Source of the DNA: a virus
Taxonomy: Duplodnaviria; Caudoviricetes
DNA length: 26,235 bases
Virus record (IMG/VR): IMGVR_UViG_3300011334_000332
Coordinates: 1-26,235 of that record
Direction: 5' to 3' (one strand)
The notes under the pieces were generated by a model that searched no databases, was not told the DNA's origin, and saw nothing but the letters and a program-made list of their open reading frames with translations. Shown piece by piece: positions 1-8,124 of the stretch; position 1 is the stretch's first letter, and each line of letters opens with the position of its first letter. The translations under genes were made by a program, and so were the position numbers.

Positions 1-2
1 TA

Positions 3-791
3 CCGCTCAACGTTTATTACCACCACGGTATGGATGCTCAGGTAGGCAAGAAGTCTATCGGTACAGGCTACATCAAGATGGACGATACCGGGCTATGGTA
101 TGAAGCGCAGCTAGACTTAGCCGACGAATACGGCAGCATGATTGCGAAGTTATGCAAGCAAGGCAAGATGGGTTTTAGTTCCGGTGCCGCTGCTCATCTG
201 GTTGAGCGCAAGAGCATGGGTAGTGCCGCAGAAATCACCCGGTGGCCTATCGCTGAGGCATCGATTACCCCGACACCTGCCGAGTATCGTAACAGCGTCA
301 AGACCTTACAGGAGTACTACGGCATGGGCGAGATGGACATTGAAGAAGAAGAAATGGTTATGGCTCCAACGCCAGACCAGAGCGCCGCAGATTATGCCGC
401 TGAAATCTTCAAAGAGGCTGAAGGCGAACTTATCCATGAGGGGCTTGAAGCCTACTGGGATGCTTTGTCTGGTGCCATGGAAGTGATCGAAAGTGCCGAT
501 ATGGCTAACGCCTTGGTCGATGCTTTTGCGGAACGTGCAAAGCAGCTTTATGCCATGCACGGTGCCAAGTGTATTCAGCCCGCTTCATTGCGGGGTGTAG
601 AACGTCGGCTGCGGGATGCAGTCGGTTTGTCACGGTCTGCCGCTAAGCGGCTGGCTCCCGTATGTTGGGATTCTCTGCGGGATGCAGACCAACCGGAAGA
701 GCAACCGTCCATCGTAGTCGAGGCGAAAGCCCATGATATTGATGAGCGAGCCGAACTGCTCGCCCGTCTGGAGTTGCTAACACAACTATGA
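3..791 (+). CDS. HK97-family prohead protease (5' partial)
   Basis: Frame is open from position 3 (PLNVYYHHG precedes the Met at 30). Motifs DDTGLWYEAQL, GFSSG and EASITPTPA match HK97-type maturation proteases. Directly upstream of capsid with ATGA overlap. Confidence 0.88.
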   Translation, partial: PLNVYYHHGMDAQVGKKSIGTGYIKMDDTGLWYEAQLDLADEYGSMIAKLCKQGKMGFSSGAAAHLVERKSMGSAAEITRWPIAEASITPTPAEYRNSVKTLQEYYGMGEMDIEEEEMVMAPTPDQSAADYAAEIFKEAEGELIHEGLEAYWDALSGAMEVIESADMANALVDAFAERAKQLYAMHGAKCIQPASLRGVERRLRDAVGLSRSAAKRLAPVCWDSLRDADQPEEQPSIVVEAKAHDIDERAELLARLELLTQL

Positions 792-2080
792 ACATCGATC
801 AATTGCAGAACCGCAAAGATTCTGTGCTTGCTACCGCGCGGGAACTCGCTTCCGGTGATGGTGACCTTGCACAGGTCAAGAGCCTGATGGCTGAAGCCAA
901 GGGCATCGAAGAGCGCATCGAGACCATCAAGGCACTCGGACAGGGACATCCTGTCGCTACTGAAGCACCAGCAGAACAGCCTTGGAAGAGCGGCGGCGTA
1001 TCAAAGCGCATGACCGACCTGCTTTCAGGTGCAACCGCTGATGAGCGCAACTTTAAGGCATATTGCTGGGGTCAGTGGGGACGCTCTATCATGGGCAACC
1101 GCAAAGCAGCTGACTGGGTCAAGAGCAACCTGAAGGCACAGAGCGAAGGCACTACGACCGCTGGTGGTTTCACCGTACCGGATCCACTGTCTTCCGACCT
1201 CATCTATCTTCGTGAGCAGTTCGGCGTTGCACGTCAAAACTGCCGCATCTATCCGATGAGTTCTGACGTTCTCAACGTACCAAACGCAACAGCATCGACC
1301 ACTGTGTACTACCCCGGTGAGAACACGGCTATTACACCAAGTGACCTGACATTTGCACAGGTAAACTTGGTTGCTAAGAAGCCATCCGTGCTTACTCAGG
1401 TATCCAAGGAACTGGCAGAGGATAGCATCATTGACTTTGGTGCAACGCTTGCCCGTGACATGGCGTACGTGCTTGCTAAGGAAGAAGACCGCGTTGTTTT
1501 CAATAACGCTGTTGACTCCACCTCTGGTCTTGATGGCATCCTTTATGCCGTCTACAGTGCTAACGCTACCAAGGCTAACATCGCTAGCCTTCAGGTGTTC
1601 ACGACTGGCCAGACGATTACCTACAGCCCGACACTTGCCAACCTGAAGGGCATGGTCGCAAAGCTCCCGACATATGCTGCACAGGCTAAGTGGTTTATGC
1701 ACAAAGAGATTTGGTACAACGCCATCGCTCCTTTGCTTGATGCCCTTGGTGGGAACTCGATCATGGACATCCAAGGTGCATACGGCCCAACGCCTATGCT
1801 CTACGGCTATCCTGTGGTCTTTGTCCAGAACATGGCTAAGACCTTGGCTGCAACCACGCCTTACATCTTGCTTGGTGACCTGAGCATGGGTACAGCGTTC
1901 GGTGACCGCCGTACGGTTACGATCGAAGTAAGTGACCAGTACTACTTCAATCAGGATGCGTTAGCGTTTAAGGCCACAGAGCGCTTCGCATTCAAGGCTT
2001 TTGACATCGGCAACGTTGATGCAACCGCAGCCAACCGTGTCCCTGGCTCGCTTATCGTCGGAGCATCCGCAGCTACATAA
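788..2080 (+). CDS. Major capsid protein, HK97 fold
   Basis: 430 aa; N-terminal coiled-coil delta domain, GGFTVP, VSKELAEDS, MLYGYPVV, LLGDLS, FNQDALAFKATERF; followed by a terminator. Confidence 0.95.
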   Translation: MNIDQLQNRKDSVLATARELASGDGDLAQVKSLMAEAKGIEERIETIKALGQGHPVATEAPAEQPWKSGGVSKRMTDLLSGATADERNFKAYCWGQWGRSIMGNRKAADWVKSNLKAQSEGTTTAGGFTVPDPLSSDLIYLREQFGVARQNCRIYPMSSDVLNVPNATASTTVYYPGENTAITPSDLTFAQVNLVAKKPSVLTQVSKELAEDSIIDFGATLARDMAYVLAKEEDRVVFNNAVDSTSGLDGILYAVYSANATKANIASLQVFTTGQTITYSPTLANLKGMVAKLPTYAAQAKWFMHKEIWYNAIAPLLDALGGNSIMDIQGAYGPTPMLYGYPVVFVQNMAKTLAATTPYILLGDLSMGTAFGDRRTVTIEVSDQYYFNQDALAFKATERFAFKAFDIGNVDATAANRVPGSLIVGASAAT

Positions 2081-2103
2081 GCCTAGCGGTTCACAGCCTA
2101 AGA

Positions 2104-2134
2104 CCCTCGGCAGACGTGCCGGGGGTTTTTCTTT
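2104..2134 (+). terminator. Intrinsic terminator after the capsid gene
   Basis: CCCTCGGCA-GACG-TGCCGGGGG hairpin followed by TTTTTCTTT. Confidence 0.85.
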
Positions 2135-2149
2135 GTCAGGTGCGTTGTG

Positions 2150-2158
2150 TGGGATACT
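2150..2158 (+). promoter_or_regulatory. Possible extended -10 promoter (TGn-GATACT) for a leaderless connector/tail transcript
   Basis: TGG-GATACT lies after the terminator and 5-8 nt before ATGATG (2164/2167), which has no obvious SD. Confidence 0.35.
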
Positions 2159-2163
2159 TAGAC

Positions 2164-2661
2164 ATGATGACCAGAGCCGAGGCCATAGCACAGGTAAGCC
2201 TTTTTGTGTCTGCCCAGTCCTACCCACAGATGTCCACTACCGACATCGGTTCTATCCTTGATTCTTTCTCCCGCTTCACCACTTGGACAGCGGCAACGAC
2301 TTACGCTGTCGGTGACCGTGTGGTTCCTACAACGCCCAACGGTAGGGTGTATGAGTGCCGGGTAGCCGGTACGTCAGGGGCTACACAACCAGACTTTCCT
2401 GTGTACGCTCCTTACCAAGTCAAAGGTTTTACCTTGGAAGATGGAACCGGAGACCCTACCCTGATGTGGGTAGACCAAGGCCCGATCAACGTTGAAAGAT
2501 ACGACGTTAGAACAGCCACCCGGCAAGCGTGGCTAATCAAGGCATCACGAGTAGCGGCAGACATCGATGCCAAAGAGGGAACCTCCGATGTCAAGCTCTC
2601 GCAACTAATGCAACACTGCTTGACCATGGCAGACAGATACAGACCGGTGGCTTTCGCATGA
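2164..2661 (+). CDS. Head-tail connector (gp6/gp15-like) with inserted carbohydrate-binding-like module
   Basis: Position after capsid; helical termini (YDVRTATRQAWLIKA); internal WTAATTYAVGDRV..NGRVYEC resembles CBM5/12 modules. Start chosen at MMTRAEA, after the terminator. Confidence 0.7.
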   Translation: MMTRAEAIAQVSLFVSAQSYPQMSTTDIGSILDSFSRFTTWTAATTYAVGDRVVPTTPNGRVYECRVAGTSGATQPDFPVYAPYQVKGFTLEDGTGDPTLMWVDQGPINVERYDVRTATRQAWLIKASRVAADIDAKEGTSDVKLSQLMQHCLTMADRYRPVAFA

Positions 2662-3023
2662 GCCCAATTCTACGCTCCACTATTCAAGCCGGGATGGTAC
2701 GTAACCTGTGCCAAGACCGTGTAGAGATTCACCGCTTCACGCTTACCGAGGATGGCAGAGGCGGTGTCACTGAGACATGGCGCAAGGTGGCAGAGTACAA
2801 CGCCCGTGTAACCAACCAGTCAGATACGGAATCAATCGTTGGCGGGGCTATAGCATCATCAGCGCAATGGACACTTATAGTGGCCGTTGCAGCTGATGTG
2901 ATGCCACAAGACCGGGTGTACCGGGTAGGCGATGACGGCAAGTATTACGATGTAGTCGGTAGTGACTTTGGGCAAACGGAACTCTTGGTACAACATTGTG
3001 GATTGGTGGAACGAACCTCATGA
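2658..3023 (+). CDS. Head closure / head-tail adaptor (SPP1 gp16-like)
   Basis: EDGRGGVTETW, DVMPQDRV, YYDVVG pattern; ATGA overlap with connector. Confidence 0.8.
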   Translation: MSPILRSTIQAGMVRNLCQDRVEIHRFTLTEDGRGGVTETWRKVAEYNARVTNQSDTESIVGGAIASSAQWTLIVAVAADVMPQDRVYRVGDDGKYYDVVGSDFGQTELLVQHCGLVERTS

Positions 3024-3232
3024 GCGCATCGGAATACACTGCTATCGGTATCTTTGTGACTGGCTTGGTTGTTAGCCTGTTGGTCTACATCGTGCAGTTT
3101 CTCCACCGTATGGACAAACGCAATGCGGTTGATACCCTGACCATCAAAGACCACGGGCATAGGCTCGGCAAGGTTGAGACCGACACCGGCGAACTAAAGA
3201 CACGCGTTACGCACTTGGAGGCGAGAAGATGA
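3020..3232 (+). CDS. Small membrane protein (one TM plus coiled coil), holin-like
   Basis: AIGIFVTGLVVSLLVYIVQFL followed by a heptad-like tail (RLGKVE..RVTHLE); ATGA overlaps at both ends. Confidence 0.55.
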   Translation: MSASEYTAIGIFVTGLVVSLLVYIVQFLHRMDKRNAVDTLTIKDHGHRLGKVETDTGELKTRVTHLEARR

Positions 3233-3480
3233 GTAGTATAAGTTTCGGTCGATTGGCGGTGGTTGTCTTGATCGCCTTTGTGGCTTCCTTTGCAACCGTG
3301 TTCGGTGATGGTATTAGAACTTCCGAAGCCAAGGATGTTGCAGAGCTTGGCGCAGTGATGGCACTGTACGGAAGCAAGGCTGTTGCGGCTGGTGTCTCTG
3401 CTGCGATGTCTGCTGCGCTGGGCTTCTTGACGATGCCGTTTAAGGGTGTGCAGGCGAACAGCCTGAAGGTGGGCAAATGA
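3229..3480 (+). CDS. Putative holin (two hydrophobic helices)
   Basis: 83 aa, two hydrophobic segments, basic C-terminus. Confidence 0.5.
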   Translation: MSSISFGRLAVVVLIAFVASFATVFGDGIRTSEAKDVAELGAVMALYGSKAVAAGVSAAMSAALGFLTMPFKGVQANSLKVGK

Positions 3481-3704
3481 ACTTCCAGAGTCTTGAAATA
3501 ACGCAGAATCCACAGAACCCAGCAGACTGGATTGTCAAGGGCGTTATTACCAATGATGCAAATGAAGAGATTGCAAACTTTGGCCCTGATGGTACAAGTG
3601 TTTTTGCTTGGTGGGCGCAACAGGATACTACTTGGCAGTTGTCTATTGTCAATCAGTTTGTCTGGTTTATGGCTGCTGAAATCGTGAATGGGACGGCTGA
3701 ATAA
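3477..3704 (+). CDS. Hypothetical protein
   Basis: 75 aa ORF translationally coupled on both sides. Confidence 0.7.
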   Translation: MNFQSLEITQNPQNPADWIVKGVITNDANEEIANFGPDGTSVFAWWAQQDTTWQLSIVNQFVWFMAAEIVNGTAE

Positions 3705-5707
3705 TGGCAACCTACTATGTACGTCCGGATGGTAACAACAGTAACGCAGGGACAGGCCCAGCTGCTAATCAAGCGTGGCAAACTCTAGCACGTATTGTGC
3801 AAGCTGGTACGGCGTTCACGTCTGGTGATACCGTCTACATCGCTCCCGGCACATACCGGCAGAGCATCACCACGACAGCCACATATACATCTCCGACTAA
3901 TTTTTTCGGTGACCCTACAGCGGCACAGTTCCCCGGAGTAACGCCGGGTATGGTTCGCATTACTAACCGACTAATCAACGATAACAGTGCCGCTACGAGC
4001 CAACAATTATGGGGTGGCGTGACGTTTGATTACATCAATATCAGCAACATATATTTTGACCATTCCTCAACTAAAGGAGGAATTTATTACTCTGGTTCCG
4101 GTAATAACTCATCAATCAAAAACTGTATTTTTTTTGGCAATAGTGAAACTGGTGGCGGTGTTGGTGGGCCACCAATATGGTTGATATCAGTTAAAAACGT
4201 ACTAATAGAAAACTGTATTATTAATCGTGCTTATGTAGGAATGTACGTTTCAACTACTACTGACACCAATACTAATGTAGTTATACGCAATTGTTTTATT
4301 AACAATACGGGTAGTTATGGTATTTGGACAAACGCCGGAATCGGCGGAGGTCTCATTGTAAGTAATACAATATTTGTCGGCACTATTGCTAATGCTATGT
4401 ATTTCCAAGGAGTAGGAAATATAACATCAAAATCTTATATAACAAATAGTATTTTTCATATTTGTGCTGGCTCAGTTCAAGGTGCATCAGCAACGAATAT
4501 CGTTGAAGATTACAACCGCCGTATCAACTCTGGCGGAAACACGACTGTCCCAACCGGAGCAAATACGGTTACAGATGGTGCAACGCAATATGACTTTGGA
4601 CATACGTCTTTGTTTGGTCTAGCAGTACAGAAACCATTTAGTTCTATCGTTGGCTCGGTAAACGTTGGGACTGGCCTATCGACATACGCGAGCACAACCG
4701 ACCTTTATGGGCAGACTTGGTCAGGTGGTACATCATTCCCAGATATTGGATGTGCGGCAGCGGTGCAAGCATCAGGGACGAGTTACTATTACCCAACAGA
4801 CCGCAACGCCAGCACCATCACAATCGCTCCCGGCTCGACATCACAAAGCATCGAACTGTATCTTGGTGTTACAGGTCTCACAGCCTCCACCTCTGGTCTC
4901 TCAGCTCGCTACAACAGAACCCGCACAGCCTCTGTAAGCATCCCACTGGTAGCCCGTACAATCGCTCAGGCGTGGACTTCTGGCGGCTTTGCGGAGGTGG
5001 ACGCAACCAATATGCCGGGCGTGTATCGCTTAGACCTCCCTGATGCCGCCTTGGCTGCTGGTGCTGACGATGTGACAGTCGTGGTGCGTGGTGCAAGTGG
5101 TACAAACGGCGCGGTGATGACGGTGAAGCTGTCCTCTGGTGGCTTGACATCTGCACAGACGGCCTCGGCTGTTCTCGATGCTGTCGGCACTTCATATGCA
5201 ACGGCTGGCTCGATTGGCTACGCAATCCAGAACTCTAACGTGGCATCTATCAGTGGTAGCACGGCTGCGGCAGATGAGCTTGAAGGCGCACTACTTCACA
5301 ACGGGACAGACTACATCAGCGCTGAACTCGTGACCCCGGTTACATCTGCCGCTCTGGTACGGATGGGGCCTTATGAAGTAAGGGCAGACGGCTTAGGAGC
5401 ATCGGATCCGCTGGACATCCAAAAGGGCGCACAGCATGGCGTAGACATCCAGTGTGTGGATGCCTTTGGAAGCGGGATAGACATCACGAGTGCAACGGTT
5501 ACCGCTAAGGTCTACAACAGCGGTGCTACCTTGGTTGATACTTACTCTTGTACGGCAACTTATGCAGCTGATGGCAGGGCTACGTTTACAATCGATACGA
5601 CGGTTACCAACACGCCGGGTACCTACACTGCAACTATCACGCGCACAACCGGAGCATCTGACACGCAGGTATTTGGGCCACTCCGCATCTATGTAAGGGA
5701 CATCTGA
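3704..5707 (+). CDS. Virion fibre/spike: N-terminal right-handed beta-helix (pectin-lyase-like), C-terminal Ig/BppU-like domain
   Basis: MATYYVRPDGNNSNAG..GDTVYIAPGTY start; repeated IxNCI rungs (IKNCIF, IENCII, IRNCFI, ITNSIF); DIGC closing motif; T/A-rich C-terminal beta-sandwich. Confidence 0.75.
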   Translation: MATYYVRPDGNNSNAGTGPAANQAWQTLARIVQAGTAFTSGDTVYIAPGTYRQSITTTATYTSPTNFFGDPTAAQFPGVTPGMVRITNRLINDNSAATSQQLWGGVTFDYINISNIYFDHSSTKGGIYYSGSGNNSSIKNCIFFGNSETGGGVGGPPIWLISVKNVLIENCIINRAYVGMYVSTTTDTNTNVVIRNCFINNTGSYGIWTNAGIGGGLIVSNTIFVGTIANAMYFQGVGNITSKSYITNSIFHICAGSVQGASATNIVEDYNRRINSGGNTTVPTGANTVTDGATQYDFGHTSLFGLAVQKPFSSIVGSVNVGTGLSTYASTTDLYGQTWSGGTSFPDIGCAAAVQASGTSYYYPTDRNASTITIAPGSTSQSIELYLGVTGLTASTSGLSARYNRTRTASVSIPLVARTIAQAWTSGGFAEVDATNMPGVYRLDLPDAALAAGADDVTVVVRGASGTNGAVMTVKLSSGGLTSAQTASAVLDAVGTSYATAGSIGYAIQNSNVASISGSTAAADELEGALLHNGTDYISAELVTPVTSAALVRMGPYEVRADGLGASDPLDIQKGAQHGVDIQCVDAFGSGIDITSATVTAKVYNSGATLVDTYSCTATYAADGRATFTIDTTVTNTPGTYTATITRTTGASDTQVFGPLRIYVRDI

Positions 5708-5889
5708 TGAGCATACTAAGCAAGTTGGCGAAGAGGTTTCTACGCATCCCGGAGGTTAAGATTCCATTCGGTGAAGTGTTGTTGTTGAACCAAATCAAGG
5801 AGACCTTGCACTACTTGAGCGCAACCGACCTTGACATGCTGGCTATTGCCATCAAGAACGAAAGGGCATCCCGTGGCAATAATCTTTGA
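5707..5889 (+). CDS. Hypothetical protein
   Basis: 60 aa ORF with TGATG coupling that fills the gap in the operon. Confidence 0.6.
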   Translation: MSILSKLAKRFLRIPEVKIPFGEVLLLNQIKETLHYLSATDLDMLAIAIKNERASRGNNL

Positions 5890-6226
5890 CTTGACCGAAG
5901 ACCCTCAGCAGGTCGTACAAGCGTCAGCGTGGGTAGGTGATTGGCACAGTTACGTGGTGCGTTTGGTCGATGAGTTGGGCAGCCCGGTAGACATTACTAC
6001 TGGGACGCTCGGCGTTACCTTCACCAACATTGCTACGGGTGCGGCTTACACATTTGCATCTGGATCCGTTACGTTGACAAAGCAGTACAGCGCACAAGGT
6101 ATCCTGAGCATCCTCAACCCTGCGGCATACGCAACGGCGGCAATGATTCGTATTACGGTTTCCTTCACGGTGAGTACCACGGTGCGTAGATTCGGCCCTT
6201 TAGAGATTGAGGTTTTGGCACCATGA
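5873..6226 (+). CDS. Ig/BppU-like virion protein
   Basis: GTG start at 5873; VGD..VRLVDELGSPVDIT pattern; resembles the C-terminus of the 3704 protein. Confidence 0.6.
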   Translation: MAIIFDLTEDPQQVVQASAWVGDWHSYVVRLVDELGSPVDITTGTLGVTFTNIATGAAYTFASGSVTLTKQYSAQGILSILNPAAYATAAMIRITVSFTVSTTVRRFGPLEIEVLAP

Positions 6227-6636
6227 GTGTTACCGTAAGCCTCAAGACCGTATCCCTAGACCGCTACAAGGCGAATCTAGGCACTCTTACTTTGATTGTA
6301 GGTAAAGCTGCGGCAGACGTGGAAGCCAACGCCAAAAAGAGCATCACAACCGATAGCGGTAGATACCGCGAGTATGACAAGGGGCACTACTCAAGCCCTC
6401 CGGGGACACCGCCGAACTCTGACACCGGGTACCTTGCGAACAACATCTTTCACCGGATGCAAACCAAAACGTCCGCAGAGGTTTCCGCTATCGCGAAGTA
6501 CGCCGTACCGCTTGAACTTGGATGGACTTCAAAGGGTGGCAACACAGTACCACCAAGACCGTTCATGGAACCGGCTCTAATGACGGTACGCCCGGCATTC
6601 ATCAAGGCAGTTACCAAAGTACTAAAGGGTAAGTAA
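6223..6636 (+). CDS. HK97 gp10-like neck / tail completion protein
   Basis: SPPGTPPNSDTGYL, YAVPLELG, PRPFMEPA motifs. Confidence 0.88.
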   Translation: MSVTVSLKTVSLDRYKANLGTLTLIVGKAAADVEANAKKSITTDSGRYREYDKGHYSSPPGTPPNSDTGYLANNIFHRMQTKTSAEVSAIAKYAVPLELGWTSKGGNTVPPRPFMEPALMTVRPAFIKAVTKVLKGK

Positions 6637-7115
6637 TGGCATACGAACCAGCCGTAATCGAGCAATGGATTTACGAGACCCTGAGCGGGGATGCCACGCT
6701 CTTGGGTTTACTTGCTCCTGACAACAGACCCAACGGCTACCAGATGGGCATCTATAACACGGTAGCACCGCAAGCAGACCCTATCAGCAGGAAACCTGTA
6801 CAGGTGCCTTATGTGGTCTTCAGTCGTGCAGGTTCAGGTGGTGACGATGAGGATGCGCTATGCGGTGCTCGTGTATTCACCTACCCTAACTACAGAATCA
6901 CCGTGTGGGATACTGAAAGTGGTGCGATGAGCATGAGCCGTATACAAACGATTATGTCTCGCATCGATACGCTTTTGGATAATCAGACGGTAACCAGCAC
7001 CACTCCACGGCTTTATGTCCGACGAGTGTCAACGGATCAAACCTTTGCGTTATCTGATGGCGGCAGGACGGATTACGGGGTGACAGCGGTCTATCGCTGC
7101 TTGACCCAGCAGTAG
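6636..7115 (+). CDS. Tail terminator (SPP1 gp17 / DUF3168-like)
   Basis: IYETLSGDATL, PYVVF, ITVW pattern; lies between neck and tube genes. Confidence 0.78.
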   Translation: MAYEPAVIEQWIYETLSGDATLLGLLAPDNRPNGYQMGIYNTVAPQADPISRKPVQVPYVVFSRAGSGGDDEDALCGARVFTYPNYRITVWDTESGAMSMSRIQTIMSRIDTLLDNQTVTSTTPRLYVRRVSTDQTFALSDGGRTDYGVTAVYRCLTQQ

Positions 7116-7124
7116 GAGTAGACA

Positions 7125-7577
7125 ATGCCTTTTACAAAATCGTTTGGTCTGGTTGGTGAGAACTGTGTGGTAACCGTTGCTTTCGGCGGTTTCCAAGACG
7201 GTGCACCTTCCGCATTTACCGCTAACACTTACACCTGTCTGGCTCGCTCAGTGCGTACCAGCACATCGGTAGATACCGCTGATGTTTCCGCACTCTGTGA
7301 CACAACCAAAAAGATGCAGGTTACCAAAGCATCCGGTTCCATCGACATCGAGCTCCTCGTAGATGGCACACAGCAGACTGATGGCTCACCGGTCTTCTTC
7401 AACAAGGAGGGCTACTACTGCCAAGTTGTCATCACTCCAGGCGCACTGACTGCAAAGACCTTTGTCGGTATTGTTACTGCGACTGGAATCAGCATCAGCA
7501 ACGGTGAAGCAGTAACCGAGACGGCTACAATCACCCTCGGTGCTAACGGTGTAACGACAGCTTGGACTTCCGCATAA
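7125..7577 (+). CDS. Major tail tube protein
   Basis: 150 aa beta-rich (DTADVSAL, SGSIDIE, TFVGIVT); strong AGGAG SD; precedes chaperone and tape measure. Confidence 0.8.
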   Translation: MPFTKSFGLVGENCVVTVAFGGFQDGAPSAFTANTYTCLARSVRTSTSVDTADVSALCDTTKKMQVTKASGSIDIELLVDGTQQTDGSPVFFNKEGYYCQVVITPGALTAKTFVGIVTATGISISNGEAVTETATITLGANGVTTAWTSA

Positions 7578-7969
7578 TGGGTATCAAAGCCATAAAGGCG
7601 ATTGAAGCAGAAGTAGACCACGGAATCCTAGAAGTAGATCTCAGCCAGTGGGCTGGTGAAGGAGCAACGGTGAAGTTTCGGCAGCCTAAAGCCGCCGATT
7701 ACTTTCCAGACTCCGCAGATTTGATGAAGCTCAGGATTTCATATGCTGATGTGGCTCCAAACCTTTTGGTCAACTGCCTTATTATTGGGCGGTGTTATAT
7801 ACCTGATATTGATGATCCGCAGGATGTAGCGTTCATCCGCACATTGCTGGATTTGAGCCGTCATAACACGCAAGCGTTCTACGCTATCTATTGGGCGTTC
7901 ATCTACAAATACATCAATGTGTCGGTTGCCGATGAGGTAAAAGACGCAAAAAACGAATCGACGGTGTAG
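7577..7969 (+). CDS. Tail assembly chaperone (gpG-like)
   Basis: TAATG coupling with the tube gene; ends ..DAKNESTV across a slippery heptamer. Confidence 0.8.
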   Translation: MGIKAIKAIEAEVDHGILEVDLSQWAGEGATVKFRQPKAADYFPDSADLMKLRISYADVAPNLLVNCLIIGRCYIPDIDDPQDVAFIRTLLDLSRHNTQAFYAIYWAFIYKYINVSVADEVKDAKNESTV

Positions 7970-8124
7970 GTTCAGTTATTGCTTATTACTGCATAAAGTA
8001 CCTGCACCGTCATCCGTCCGAGGTAGACCTAACGCTGGAACAAATCTGGGAAGTTGCTGTGATTGCTCAGGATTTAGAGAAGCACGAAATCGAACTGGCT
8101 AAAGCCACAAGGGGCATATTGTGA
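7948..8124 (+). CDS. -1 frameshift extension of the tail chaperone (gpT-like)
   Basis: A AAA AAC at 7948-7954; the -1 frame reads KRIDGVGSVIAYYCIKYLHRHPSEVDLTLEQIWEV..RGIL to a TGA that overlaps the tape measure GTG. Confidence 0.85.
   Translation, partial: KKRIDGVGSVIAYYCIKYLHRHPSEVDLTLEQIWEVAVIAQDLEKHEIELAKATRGIL

Noticed and set aside
1025-1774. 249 aa antisense ORF within the capsid gene, and the many other shadow ORFs in the track
   Set aside because: They overlap well-supported genes, lack RBS or motifs, and are explained by codon bias on the coding strand.
2116-2163. Upstream GTG start for the connector gene
   Set aside because: It lies inside the terminator hairpin; ATG 2164/2167 is more plausible.
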